Sequence record: OR539219.1
Source: Escherichia phage vB-Eco-KMB39
Length of the DNA: 64,000 nucleotides
Reading direction: 5' to 3' (one strand)
Positions within the stretch are counted from its first letter, which is position 1, and every line of letters starts with the position of its first letter. Below the pieces are notes generated by a model. The model did not search any database. It saw only the letters and a list, made by a program, of their open reading frames with translations, and was not told the DNA's origin. This document shows positions 20,035 to 30,256 of this stretch, in pieces. Made by a program: the position numbers and the translations under genes.

Positions 20035-21494
20035 AAACCAGTTACCTCATGAAAATCGCCAAATACATCTTCGAACGTATTAGCTTTAGTTTTATCTTCA
20101 CGTAAACGAATTGCAATTGGAAGAAATAGCTTAACGTAATCAGTACGTCCATCTAATTTTACCCAGCCGTTGCATTCGCACTCTAGAATTTTTCCAATAT
20201 AATAATTTTGGTTTTCCATAATGCGAGTACGATCAAGTTCATGCGATTTTATACCGGCTTTATCTTTTAAGCCTGAACCAGCATTTACTTTAATTTTTCC
20301 ACACTCTGATTCAAGAATGAAACCACCTGCTTTAGTAGGGTCTTTACGGTGAGGATAAATTCCTACAATTTTTAAATCAACATCAATTACTTCTTTAAAT
20401 TTATAAAGATTTTTTGAACGAGCATTTTCCCATAATCCATCGATATTTTTAAGAATAATACCTTCAAGACCTTGGTCAATATACTTTTTATAAATTACCT
20501 TAGCTTCATCTAGGTTATTTACTACTTGGTTTTCAATTAAAATTACTTTATCATAGCCTGATGTCATTTGTTCTAGTTTAGAAAAACGTACATCATATTT
20601 TAAACGAAATGCTGGAAGACCATATATTTCTACTAATGGAACATAGTCCCAGACCTGAAACTTCATGCATTGTGCTTCTTTTTCAGAAATGGTTCCCTTT
20701 AAAGATTTATTAGCGATTCCATTAGAAGTAGTACGTGATTCAGCTACTTCGGCGAATTCTTTAGCTTTACTAATTTCAGGATAAGCATCAAAAAGAAAAT
20801 CTAGGCCTTCTGGTTCCTTTTTAACTTGCTCATGGTATACCAATTCGCCATCAATTAACACACCTTCTGGATGAATCTGGCGAGCTTCTGCAGTCATTTT
20901 GATTAACTCTTCCTTGAGAAGATCTAATCCTAGATATTCATTACCAGCTCGTGATAAAAGACGAACATCATCTAATTCATCACCTCTGACTTCAGCAAAA
21001 CAGCGAGCTCCATCAGCTTTTAGCTGTGCAAAGGCTGGAAATTTGATATTCTTATTAATGCCTTTTTCGTCATAAGAACTTGCTAGCATTTGAGGTTGTT
21101 CAGGAATTAAACCTGGCCAAACTTTGTTTGCAATAGATACTGATGCACCGCATTCAAGGTCTCGCATCATCACCCGACGCAAAACTTCAACATCATCTTT
21201 TTTACCGTCAGTAATATATCCAGTTAATTCCTCAATTGCCGCATTTCCAGTCAATTTCCGAGTAGCTAACGTGAATTCAATGAAGTCAAGCATATCGGTA
21301 AGAGTCAACATTCCAAAACTCTGGGTAGTAATACCCGGTTTAGGCCATTTCTTGATATAATACTGTAACCCACGAGAATAAGTCAGACGATATACTCGTT
21401 TAAGCAATTCATTATCTTTATTCTTTTCAAGAATTGCTTGCTTCTGCTTAGTTGAACCAATAGATGCTATTTCGTTCAGAATTTTAAGAATCAT
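20031..21494 (-). CDS. 30: ATP-dependent DNA ligase gp30
   Basis: 487 aa; MILKILNEIASIGSTKQKQAILEKNKDNELLKRVYRLTY...; adenylation lysine motif region; matches recalled T4 ligase. Confidence 0.93.
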   Translation of the reverse strand: MILKILNEIASIGSTKQKQAILEKNKDNELLKRVYRLTYSRGLQYYIKKWPKPGITTQSFGMLTLTDMLDFIEFTLATRKLTGNAAIEELTGYITDGKKDDVEVLRRVMMRDLECGASVSIANKVWPGLIPEQPQMLASSYDEKGINKNIKFPAFAQLKADGARCFAEVRGDELDDVRLLSRAGNEYLGLDLLKEELIKMTAEARQIHPEGVLIDGELVYHEQVKKEPEGLDFLFDAYPEISKAKEFAEVAESRTTSNGIANKSLKGTISEKEAQCMKFQVWDYVPLVEIYGLPAFRLKYDVRFSKLEQMTSGYDKVILIENQVVNNLDEAKVIYKKYIDQGLEGIILKNIDGLWENARSKNLYKFKEVIDVDLKIVGIYPHRKDPTKAGGFILESECGKIKVNAGSGLKDKAGIKSHELDRTRIMENQNYYIGKILECECNGWVKLDGRTDYVKLFLPIAIRLREDKTKANTFEDVFGDFHEVTGL

Positions 21495-21760
21495 TGTTCA
21501 TCCTTTAGAGTTTGGTTTACAGCTCTATTATAAATCAATTCATCATTAAGCTCAGTCAAAGACCTGTGATACGTGGTTCTAACTTTATTTCCTTGCATCC
21601 AGTGCTTGACATAAATGAAACCTTGCTCTACACATTTTTTAAAAATTCGTTCGTCTTTTTGAGCTCGGAATTCTGGATTGCATCTAAAAAATTGATTTAC
21701 GTGACCGTAATCACGTGTAGTATTACCTTCATTTTCATAAATAGTGTGAACGACAAACAT
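21491..21760 (-). CDS. Hypothetical protein (position of T4 30.1)
   Basis: 89 aa ORF. Confidence 0.55.
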   Translation of the reverse strand: MFVVHTIYENEGNTTRDYGHVNQFFRCNPEFRAQKDERIFKKCVEQGFIYVKHWMQGNKVRTTYHRSLTELNDELIYNRAVNQTLKDEQ

Positions 21761-22596
21761 TAGAATGCTCCTTGGAAAATATTATCACCACTAGTAGGTC
21801 TATTATACAAATACTCTATGCCACCGGGTTTAATATAGTTCCATGTCTGAAACGGATGCGTCTGATATGGATGATATAGATTATAAGGATTAAATCCAGG
21901 AGTTCTCCAGGTAGTGTTCCAAGGAAAAGAATCGTTTTTAATCATCTTTTCAATTACATCTTTTATAGCTTTTTCACTATCAAAACTTTCTTTATTTTCA
22001 TTCGATGGAAAAAGCTTATTCTCTACATCATTCCATGTATAAACTCGCTGTGCAGCTTTTGGAATATTGTCACGCTCTCCTCGAGCCATCCAATAAACAG
22101 GAACATTTAATATTTCACTCGCATGATCGCAGTGGTGAGCGAGATCGTCAATATAACAAATTACGTTATATTTCTCTTTTGCCTTTTTGAACAACTCTTC
22201 TTTTGAAGAATCATGACCACACATCAATACTTCTGAGAAGGCATCAGGAAAAAGAGCATTCAAATTAAATTGACGATTCAGCAGAGCGTCAATAGAATCA
22301 CCCAGTGCTGTAACAGCTACAAAATTATAATCTTCTTTTAATTTGTTAATTACACACAGGGCATCTTTATATGGAGACAAATAGCGAATAAAATCTGAAC
22401 GATTATACTTTTCGATTAATTTAACACCAAGTTCTTCATCGCAATTAAAGAGCTTACCAGGAGAAATAAATTTTTCGTCCTGAATCATTTTTAAAATATG
22501 TTCCAACGGAAGATTATATTTTTGGGCAAAATAAGGAAGGCCTGATTGCCAGCTTAAACATACTCCATCAATATCAGTTAAAATAGTAGGCTTCAT
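21760..22596 (-). CDS. HAD-superfamily-like hydrolase with Pro/Tyr/Trp-rich C-terminal tail (position of T4 30.2)
   Basis: 278 aa; N-terminal DxDG motif (ILTDIDGV), candidate motif II (VAVTALG) and motif IV (YIDD). Confidence 0.6.
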   Translation of the reverse strand: MKPTILTDIDGVCLSWQSGLPYFAQKYNLPLEHILKMIQDEKFISPGKLFNCDEELGVKLIEKYNRSDFIRYLSPYKDALCVINKLKEDYNFVAVTALGDSIDALLNRQFNLNALFPDAFSEVLMCGHDSSKEELFKKAKEKYNVICYIDDLAHHCDHASEILNVPVYWMARGERDNIPKAAQRVYTWNDVENKLFPSNENKESFDSEKAIKDVIEKMIKNDSFPWNTTWRTPGFNPYNLYHPYQTHPFQTWNYIKPGGIEYLYNRPTSGDNIFQGAF

Positions 22597-23057
22597 AGAG
22601 AGTCTCTTAATAGGTTTAACACATCAATAAATTCAGCTTCGGTTAGTATTGTATCATCTTTTGTTAGACCACTAGCCATGCTATGCTTCAAAATTTTTCC
22701 TTTTGAGGCTTGTAAGGCATCACGAAACCCCTTGTTTTGGATCGCTGCTTCAAAATATGCATTTGTATACAATTCTTTCCACGCTGGAGAGTATCTTGAA
22801 AACGGAACTCCAAGCCAGAAGAGGGTCCCACGGTCTTGAGCTCTAGCATAAGACCTTCCAGCTTGTTGGGCGGCAAGCCCGGATAACCCAAATATACGAC
22901 GTTGTTGTTCAGCATTTTTCACCTTACATCCTTGAAGGAATCCTTCGAGACCTCCAAATTGGATACCATCCATAACGAAAGGCCATTGGGCGAAATTGCT
23001 TAATGCACATGATGGCCATCTAAAATTGCTTCTTATTTCTAGCTCAGACATTTTCAA
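22593..23057 (-). CDS. NADAR (YbiA/DUF1768)-like domain protein (position of T4 30.3)
   Basis: 154 aa; segment ALSNFAQWPFVMDGIQFGGLEGFLQGCKV resembles the YbiA/NADAR core (FSNFAAWP...DG...SEHYFQAQKF); motif-level only. Confidence 0.55.
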   Translation of the reverse strand: MKMSELEIRSNFRWPSCALSNFAQWPFVMDGIQFGGLEGFLQGCKVKNAEQQRRIFGLSGLAAQQAGRSYARAQDRGTLFWLGVPFSRYSPAWKELYTNAYFEAAIQNKGFRDALQASKGKILKHSMASGLTKDDTILTEAEFIDVLNLLRDSL

Positions 23058-23250
23058 TACTTATAATTTCAACATCAGCCCAATGACCATAGCAAGGAAG
23101 ACGAAATTCAACTGGCCAGTTAGGGTCCTTTTCTAATATAATAGACTTAACTTGTGGTTCTTCATGTTCATCGGTATACGGACCTTTATACGTTACTTTA
23201 TATGTGACCTTAATGTACTGAATTCCAAAAATCTTATTAATTATATTCAT
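23044..23250 (-). CDS. Hypothetical small protein (30.x series)
   Basis: 68 aa ORF in overlapping tandem array. Confidence 0.5.
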   Translation of the reverse strand: MNIINKIFGIQYIKVTYKVTYKGPYTDEHEEPQVKSIILEKDPNWPVEFRLPCYGHWADVEIISIENV

Positions 23251-23444
23251 ACTAATTCCTTTAATCCATAGATAGGAGATAATTCATCACCCATACGAAG
23301 GTCTTCATTTCCATCTACCCAGGAAACAATATAAGCCTCTTTTATTTGAATACCACTCCATTTAAATGGAGGTAGAACCTTAGAAATTAATCCAGGTATA
23401 CCGACTCCCTTTAATTCAACAGTTTGACCCAAAAAGAATTTCAT
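23247..23444 (-). CDS. Hypothetical small protein (30.x series)
   Basis: 65 aa ORF, 4-nt overlap with neighbour. Confidence 0.5.
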   Translation of the reverse strand: MKFFLGQTVELKGVGIPGLISKVLPPFKWSGIQIKEAYIVSWVDGNEDLRMGDELSPIYGLKELV

Positions 23445-23731
23445 TAGAACCTCATCTGAAAACCATGCGATTTAACATTACCGCCGTCAATATCAGAAAT
23501 GTTAATTTCACGCGCAATTGAAGGGTCAATGTCAATTTCACGATTGAGTTTAGCGATAGCTAGAGTATCACGCCCATTTACAGTACGGAACTCTAAAGGG
23601 CAGACTGCATTAACATAGTTTTTAATCGATTCACTGGTAGGCTGCAAATGAGCAGGAAGGTCTTTAGGCGCCTTAGAGAAAACTACTTCGCAAAAATTTT
23701 TACGAGTATCAAAATAAGTAGTCATAAACAT
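23444..23731 (-). CDS. Hypothetical protein (30.x series)
   Basis: 95 aa ORF. Confidence 0.5.
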   Translation of the reverse strand: MFMTTYFDTRKNFCEVVFSKAPKDLPAHLQPTSESIKNYVNAVCPLEFRTVNGRDTLAIAKLNREIDIDPSIAREINISDIDGGNVKSHGFQMRF

Positions 23732-23747
23732 AGTATTTTCCTCAGTA

Positions 23748-23763
23748 AGGGGCCGAAGCCCCT
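23748..23763 (-). terminator. Hairpin (UUCG-loop) between 30.x genes
   Basis: AGGGGCCGAAGCCCCT, same stem-loop as at 1738. Confidence 0.45.
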
Positions 23764-23771
23764 ATTTTATT

Positions 23772-24137
23772 TTAAATATCAAATTCATTAAGAACTACAT
23801 CAAAGATTGCTTCAAGATGCTCAGGTTTAGCTCTGTTGCTCAGAATATGACGAATCCAAGTTTTAACCAGAAGCTTGCGATTAACGCCATTCCAACAAGG
23901 ATGAGTACCTAAATCACGTTGACGGAAATCATCATCTAATGCGATTTTAAAGGAAGAACCTTCTTTCGTGATTGAAACCGTGATGCCATTTTCAAATCGC
24001 ATATAAACGTAGTTAGGAGTCATATACTGTTCAATTTCGCATACTGATCCATTTTGATGTTTCCAAAGGCAGATAGTATCAATAGAACCTGCAATACCAT
24101 TAGAAACATATTTACGTTCAAAGTTGATGTAGTTCAT
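23772..24137 (-). CDS. Hypothetical protein (30.x series)
   Basis: 121 aa ORF. Confidence 0.55.
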   Translation of the reverse strand: MNYINFERKYVSNGIAGSIDTICLWKHQNGSVCEIEQYMTPNYVYMRFENGITVSITKEGSSFKIALDDDFRQRDLGTHPCWNGVNRKLLVKTWIRHILSNRAKPEHLEAIFDVVLNEFDI

Positions 24138-24205
24138 TTTTATTCTCCGAGATGTTTAATTGCGGTACAGGTATATAATATCATATCCTGTACCAAAGTA
24201 AACAA

Positions 24206-24538
24206 TTATTTTACTACTTTCCAGTGCTGCATGTCAAGTTTGCCAACTTTTTTCATCTTCTCAATTAAGCGTTCGGCACGTTGGCGAGCTGTAACATAAT
24301 ACCATTCACCTAATTCATTTTGTTCAATTTTTCCAACGATTACTGTATTCAACTCATAAATCCAACCGGTAAAGAAATTATGAACTTGAATTGTAAAGGT
24401 GAAATCTGTTCCCATACCTTCTGTTGTTTCTACTTCAATAATATCACCTTCAACTGCCATTAAGAACCACATAGTTTCATCATATTTACCATTGAAGCAT
24501 TTAGTTTTAACTGTAGCGTTCAGATTAATCGTTTTCAT
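24206..24538 (-). CDS. Hypothetical protein (30.x series)
   Basis: 110 aa ORF preceded by early promoter. Confidence 0.55.
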   Translation of the reverse strand: MKTINLNATVKTKCFNGKYDETMWFLMAVEGDIIEVETTEGMGTDFTFTIQVHNFFTGWIYELNTVIVGKIEQNELGEWYYVTARQRAERLIEKMKKVGKLDMQHWKVVK

Positions 24539-24565
24539 TTTATTCTCCTTTGTTTGTGTAAGATA

Positions 24566-24594
24566 ATACTATCACAAAGGAACTATACTGTAAA
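24566..24594 (-). promoter_or_regulatory. Sigma70-type phage early promoter
   Basis: Minus strand: -35 TTTACA, 17 nt, -10 TAGTAT; about 28 nt upstream of ATG at 24538. Confidence 0.5.
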
Positions 24595-24623
24595 CAACTT
24601 TGTGCAATCTTTGGAAAATAAAA

Positions 24624-24646
24624 AAGGACTCCCGAAGGAGTCCTTA
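24624..24646 (-). terminator. Intrinsic terminator
   Basis: AAGGACTCC-CGAA-GGAGTCCTT; minus-strand hairpin followed by UUUUUAUUUU. Confidence 0.65.
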
Positions 24647-24648
24647 AC

Positions 24649-24825
24649 TTATGCTTTCTGCTTACCAAAACGAGAAGCATCATCTCGAAGAACCGCACGT
24701 GCTCGGCGCATGATCTTCTCAACAGTTTGATTAATACGAGAGTTCGACCCACGCTTGTAACCAGCGCGTTTAGAATCACCAACTTTCTTTTCAACTGCTT
24801 TCTTTGCTTTAGCTTGTTTTGCCAT
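24649..24825 (-). CDS. Small highly basic protein (position of T4 30.9)
   Basis: Probable start MAKQAKAKKAVEKKVGDSKRAGYKRGSNSR... (58 aa); the longer 72 aa ORF-track version lacks an obvious RBS. Confidence 0.5.
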   Translation of the reverse strand: MAKQAKAKKAVEKKVGDSKRAGYKRGSNSRINQTVEKIMRRARAVLRDDASRFGKQKA

Positions 24826-24944
24826 TATAAATTCTCTTTTAAATGAAAATGCAGGACTTATTGGCATTGCCTGCGCAAGCCCTCAAGGGGAACATAGGTT
24901 TTATATATTTACCGACAGGATAACCATAAACCTCGTCAACATAA

Positions 24945-25193
24945 TTACTTCAGTGTTACCACAAAGTGACGAACTGCTTTTCGTGCAGCAGAAGCCAGAG
25001 GCTTAGCATATTTAAGTTCATCTTTTTCCTGAAGCTCAGCAGCTAATGCAGTTTGAGCAGGATTCAGATGTTTGAAATAACGCAGGATTTCAAGAGCTTC
25101 GGCTTCAACATCAATAGATGCGCCATAGTTTTCGTGACCATTATTCCATGCGTTTCGTTGCAGTTCAAGAGCGTGTTGTAATTGTTTAATCAT
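24945..25193 (-). CDS. rIII: rIII lysis-inhibition accessory protein
   Basis: 82 aa; MIKQLQHALELQRNAWNNGHENYGASIDVEAEALEIL...; size and sequence as recalled T4 rIII. Confidence 0.9.
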   Translation of the reverse strand: MIKQLQHALELQRNAWNNGHENYGASIDVEAEALEILRYFKHLNPAQTALAAELQEKDELKYAKPLASAARKAVRHFVVTLK

Positions 25194-25325
25194 TTAAAAA
25201 TTCTCGTTAGAGATTAAAACTCGGTAGTCACGTTCTTCTGAATTTCATCTTCTTTCGACAGATCTCTCAGTTGTAGACTACCACGTAGAATTGTTCGGTT
25301 AACTTATTATTCCGACACCCAATTC

Positions 25326-25333
25326 ATATTATT
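25326..25333 (-). promoter_or_regulatory. Late promoter (TATAAATA on minus strand) in the 31-rIII intergenic region
   Basis: Plus-strand TATTTATA about 135 nt upstream of rIII ATG. Confidence 0.45.
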
Positions 25334-25340
25334 ATTTATA

Positions 25341-25676
25341 TCACTTATAAAGACATGGAATAGCTTTATAATGACATGTTACGAATTTTTGTTTAATTTC
25401 TTTTGGCTGCTTAAGACCCAGAGCTACAAAAGGATGCGGAACATTTCGAATTTGACCAACTGGAAGAGAAGTCAAATCACCAACTTCGCAGAAACCTTCA
25501 GGAACATCAGGACCAACAGAGTGAACTACACACAGTTCAGGAACTTCACCTTGAACACGTTTACCGATAATGAGTCCTGATTCTGTAACTTCTTCATCAC
25601 CAGCTTGCGCAGGTTCAGAAACTAAAATAACAAATTCACCGACAGCACGAATTGGTAGCTGTTGTACTTCAGACAT
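25341..25676 (-). CDS. 31: gp31 co-chaperonin (GroES analogue) required for head assembly
   Basis: 111 aa; [40 protein letters not shown]...; matches recalled T4 gp31. Confidence 0.92.
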   Translation of the reverse strand: MSEVQQLPIRAVGEFVILVSEPAQAGDEEVTESGLIIGKRVQGEVPELCVVHSVGPDVPEGFCEVGDLTSLPVGQIRNVPHPFVALGLKQPKEIKQKFVTCHYKAIPCLYK

Positions 25677-25706
25677 TGTTTTTCCTTTTTGTTAACAGAT
25701 GAATTA

Positions 25707-25732
25707 ATAATAACAAATAATTCTTAAAGCAT
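25707..25732 (-). promoter_or_regulatory. MotA-dependent middle promoter upstream of gene 31
   Basis: Minus strand: MotA box ATGCTTTA, 12 nt spacer, -10 TATTAT. Confidence 0.55.
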
Positions 25733-26041
25733 TTATTTACCAATAAATTGAAGCAAATGCTCAACTTTCATACCATTAACAGAAATCAATTTGTCAATAG
25801 AAAAACCTCGCCATGCACCGAGTTCAACATCAAATATCGGAATCATATCAGTAGATTCTTTCCGAGTAGATTCAGTCAATTTACCGGTTTGCATAGTTGG
25901 CATAAAGTCAGCATCACGAGTGCCTTTCATAGTACGAATAGTACCATCAGACTTTTCAAAAACCACGTTTGAAATACCCATGGACAATTTAGTTTTCAAA
26001 ATTTCACGAATTGCTACTTTCTGTTCAGTTGTCAATTTCAT
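25733..26041 (-). CDS. Hypothetical protein (position of T4 31.1)
   Basis: 102 aa ORF. Confidence 0.6.
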   Translation of the reverse strand: MKLTTEQKVAIREILKTKLSMGISNVVFEKSDGTIRTMKGTRDADFMPTMQTGKLTESTRKESTDMIPIFDVELGAWRGFSIDKLISVNGMKVEHLLQFIGK

Positions 26042-26278
26042 TTATTTACCTATTACAGTTTTAATATGGGTTGTTCCACGTTCTTTAAGAGTGGAAAGCA
26101 ATTTTTGGCATTTTTCTAAATCAGATTTCCAACTATACGGTCTATCAATACAAACCCATTCTGACTTATAATACTGCTTCCATTTAGAGAAAAAATATTT
26201 CTTATACTCTACAGCAAATGAAATGTTCTCGTTAGAATAAGAACTAATTGCTGTGAGCTGTACCAAACGAAATTTCAT
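26042..26278 (-). CDS. Hypothetical protein (position of T4 31.2)
   Basis: 78 aa ORF. Confidence 0.55.
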   Translation of the reverse strand: MKFRLVQLTAISSYSNENISFAVEYKKYFFSKWKQYYKSEWVCIDRPYSWKSDLEKCQKLLSTLKERGTTHIKTVIGK

Positions 26279-26859
26279 TATTCACCACAGAATTCGTTGA
26301 TATTTTCCCAATTTAACTTATTTAAGTTTTTCTTAGGAACATTAAACACTTCAATACCCGCATTTCGCAGAATATCATCCCAGCCAGGTTTATTTTTATC
26401 GTATGTTTCGCAATAAACCAACTTTTTAATTCCAGATTGAGCTATCGCTTTTGCACAATCTGGGCAAGGAGAAAGTGTTACATACATAGTAGCACCTTCA
26501 ATTGAAGAACCATTTCGCGCAGCAAACAAAATCGCATTTAGTTCAGCATGAATTTCATTTTTAGACGACCATTCAGAGTGAGCGCTACGGTGTTCTTTCG
26601 CCAAGACAAAGCGATCAGTTGAACCAAATGATACGCATTCAGGCTTATGGCCTTGAATGATAGTGTGTTTAGGCTTATTCAACAACCAACCTTGCTCAGC
26701 AGCATAATCACAACAGTTCACACCTCCTGCGGGTGAACCATTATATCCGGTAGAAATAATACGTCCATTCTTTTCAATTACTGCTCCTACCTTCCAGGAG
26801 CAACATTTTGATTCTTGTGATACTAAATATGCAATTTGAAGTACTGTACTCGCTTTCAT
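26278..26859 (-). CDS. cd: dCMP deaminase
   Basis: 193 aa; zinc-binding deaminase motifs HAELNAI and PCPDC. Confidence 0.92.
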   Translation of the reverse strand: MKASTVLQIAYLVSQESKCCSWKVGAVIEKNGRIISTGYNGSPAGGVNCCDYAAEQGWLLNKPKHTIIQGHKPECVSFGSTDRFVLAKEHRSAHSEWSSKNEIHAELNAILFAARNGSSIEGATMYVTLSPCPDCAKAIAQSGIKKLVYCETYDKNKPGWDDILRNAGIEVFNVPKKNLNKLNWENINEFCGE

Positions 26860-27194
26860 TTCATAATCACCAGATAAGCAGATTTAGCAGTTTCAACACG
26901 ATAAATTTCGTGACGAAGTTTAGTTATACTTTTAATAACAGAACTAATTATATTCTGCCCATCTTTAAAGCGGTTTTTCTTATCAATAAAAATTGCGCCA
27001 ACCATCTTTTTGTGAAGCTCAACTGGATACTTCGTCACAATAATAGCATCATATACAGAAGGATGAATACTATTTACTAGAGTGTCATTCATTAAAGTTA
27101 TTCTAATGAACTGTGCTGTTTCAGAGTCAAGCGCTCTATGATCGCCAGTATCATTTTCAAGACAATTATCAATTATATCAGTTAAATTCATCAT
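26856..27194 (-). CDS. Hypothetical protein (position of T4 cd.1)
   Basis: 112 aa ORF. Confidence 0.55.
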   Translation of the reverse strand: MMNLTDIIDNCLENDTGDHRALDSETAQFIRITLMNDTLVNSIHPSVYDAIIVTKYPVELHKKMVGAIFIDKKNRFKDGQNIISSVIKSITKLRHEIYRVETAKSAYLVIMK

Positions 27195-27427
27195 AGTACG
27201 CCATACACCCTTTGTGCTTCAACTAATCCATCAAAATCCAATTTGAGATGTGTTATTTGATCACCATCACCTGGATTCACAATTACTAATACTGAACGAG
27301 GAGTTTCGGTAATAACACGAACCGATGTTTCAGGAAATCGTTCAGAAACCTTATTTACCAATTCCTGAGCAAATAGTTTAACTTTTTCTTGGAATTCTTT
27401 AACAGTAATTGGTTTTTCACTTAGCAT
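27191..27427 (-). CDS. Hypothetical protein (position of T4 cd.2)
   Basis: 78 aa ORF preceded by early promoter. Confidence 0.55.
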   Translation of the reverse strand: MLSEKPITVKEFQEKVKLFAQELVNKVSERFPETSVRVITETPRSVLVIVNPGDGDQITHLKLDFDGLVEAQRVYGVL

Positions 27428-27457
27428 TTCAATTTCCTCATTTGTTTTGGTAGAGCT

Positions 27458-27486
27458 ATAATATCACAACTCTACCAAAAAGTAAA
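27458..27486 (-). promoter_or_regulatory. Sigma70-type phage early promoter
   Basis: Minus strand: -35 TTTACT, 17 nt, -10 TATTAT. Confidence 0.45.
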
Positions 27487-27489
27487 CTA

Positions 27490-27771
27490 TTAAATTGCCT
27501 TGAATTCTGATGTCTGTGATTCAAAGCGAATATCGCCTTTGATGACTAGCTCAGCATCAAGACCAAATACGACAATGATATGCGCGGAACCCGGATACAG
27601 CGTAATTGCAATAGAATCCACCTGGTCTGGAAGCAAAGTATTCAATACATGAGTCACTTGAGCATGAATTCGAAGCTCGGCTGCGTTATCAAGCTTTTCA
27701 AACATATTATTAGCGATAATTTGACTAAACACTACTTCTACGATTTTAGAATAAGTCGGAAACATATTCAC
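27490..27771 (-). CDS. Hypothetical protein (position of T4 cd.3)
   Basis: 93 aa ORF. Confidence 0.55.
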   Translation of the reverse strand: MNMFPTYSKIVEVVFSQIIANNMFEKLDNAAELRIHAQVTHVLNTLLPDQVDSIAITLYPGSAHIIVVFGLDAELVIKGDIRFESQTSEFKAI

Positions 27772-27960
27772 CTCACATAATTTTCTTCAAGCCAATTAAT
27801 AACATCCAACGCATTATCAAAAGTTGAACCATCTACTATTTCTTCTGTTTCATAATCAAGAATATCTAAGTCTACTCTTCCATCAACAATAGGCCATAAA
27901 CAAAATAGATATTTCTTTTCTTTTTCAATTTTATCACAAAGTTGATAAATCTTTTCTATG

Positions 27961-27968
<8 letters not shown>
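27768..27968 (-). CDS. Hypothetical protein (position of T4 cd.4)
   Basis: 66 aa ORF. Confidence 0.5.
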
Positions 27969-29379
<1,411 letters not shown>

Positions 29380-29383
<4 letters not shown>

Positions 29384-29610
29384 TTATTTTTCTCAACTAA
29401 TGATTGAATATAATCATGCAGATCTTTAGACGCCTTAGCCCAATTATTTTGATATTCATTTTTAAGATTAGCACGTGATTGAGCTAATAAAACATCATTA
29501 GTTGGAGGTAAAGATTCTAACCGCTGAATCTGGCGTCCGTAAATCATTGCAGCCATCTCGGATTCATAAATCAATCCTTTGAGATGTTCAAATTGATGCC
29601 ATGAAATCAT
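29380..29610 (-). CDS. Hypothetical protein (pseT.x series)
   Basis: 76 aa ORF. Confidence 0.5.
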
Positions 29611-29906
29611 TTACATTTATCCTCTTTTAACTCTTGACGATAATAACATATCATAGTTTTTTGATCATGTACATATCGTTTTACATCATTAAGCCAAATA
29701 CGAAATTCCTGGGAATCTTCAAATGGCATACCGACCCAAGCTTTACCATCAATAACTTTAACTTGCCAAGATAGTTTAGCTTCGTCATATGACTTTATTT
29801 GTACAGGCCAATTAGGATGAACTGTTTCTTTCTTTACTTCTAGAGGCTTTGTCGAACAACCAACTAGAAGACCAATAGATAATATTACTGCTGATAGTTT
29901 AATCAT
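29607..29906 (-). CDS. Outer-membrane spanin (o-spanin) lipoprotein, Rz1 analogue
   Basis: 99 aa; signal peptide with lipobox LLVGC|S; C-terminal Cys residues; directly downstream of the i-spanin-like ORF. Confidence 0.7.
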   Translation of the reverse strand: MIKLSAVILSIGLLVGCSTKPLEVKKETVHPNWPVQIKSYDEAKLSWQVKVIDGKAWVGMPFEDSQEFRIWLNDVKRYVHDQKTMICYYRQELKEDKCK

Positions 29907-30256
29907 TTAGAAAGGTCCTGGATGTCTTCTGCGAACTTGTTGAAGGAGCTGTTGATTTGTTTTTCAACCAATCCTGGCTTACGAGCCACCACATCCGCCT
30001 TCTTTGCGTCTTTGCGCAGCTTTTCATTTTCACGCTCAATAGCAGCAATTGCCTCACGATTTTTATTATTCATCGCGTCAATATAATTATACTGAATTCG
30101 CAAATTATTTAATGCTAAGGCGTTTTCATTGGCCGTTTTTGTAATTTCAGTAACTGATGTTTCTAATCTTTCTACCTTATTTTTTAAAATAATAGATGTT
30201 CCGCCTAATGCTATTACAATTAATAGCAAACCTGCTGTAGTATTACTTAATTGCAT
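29903..30256 (-). CDS. Inner-membrane spanin (i-spanin), Rz analogue
   Basis: 117 aa; N-terminal TMD (TAGLLLIVIALGGTSIIL) followed by charged coiled-coil region. Confidence 0.7.
   Translation of the reverse strand: MQLSNTTAGLLLIVIALGGTSIILKNKVERLETSVTEITKTANENALALNNLRIQYNYIDAMNNKNREAIAAIERENEKLRKDAKKADVVARKPGLVEKQINSSFNKFAEDIQDLSK

Noticed and set aside
24540-24794. 84 aa minus-strand ORF spanning promoter and terminator
   Set aside because: It reads through the early promoter and the terminator hairpin and overlaps the better-supported basic ORF in another frame; judged spurious
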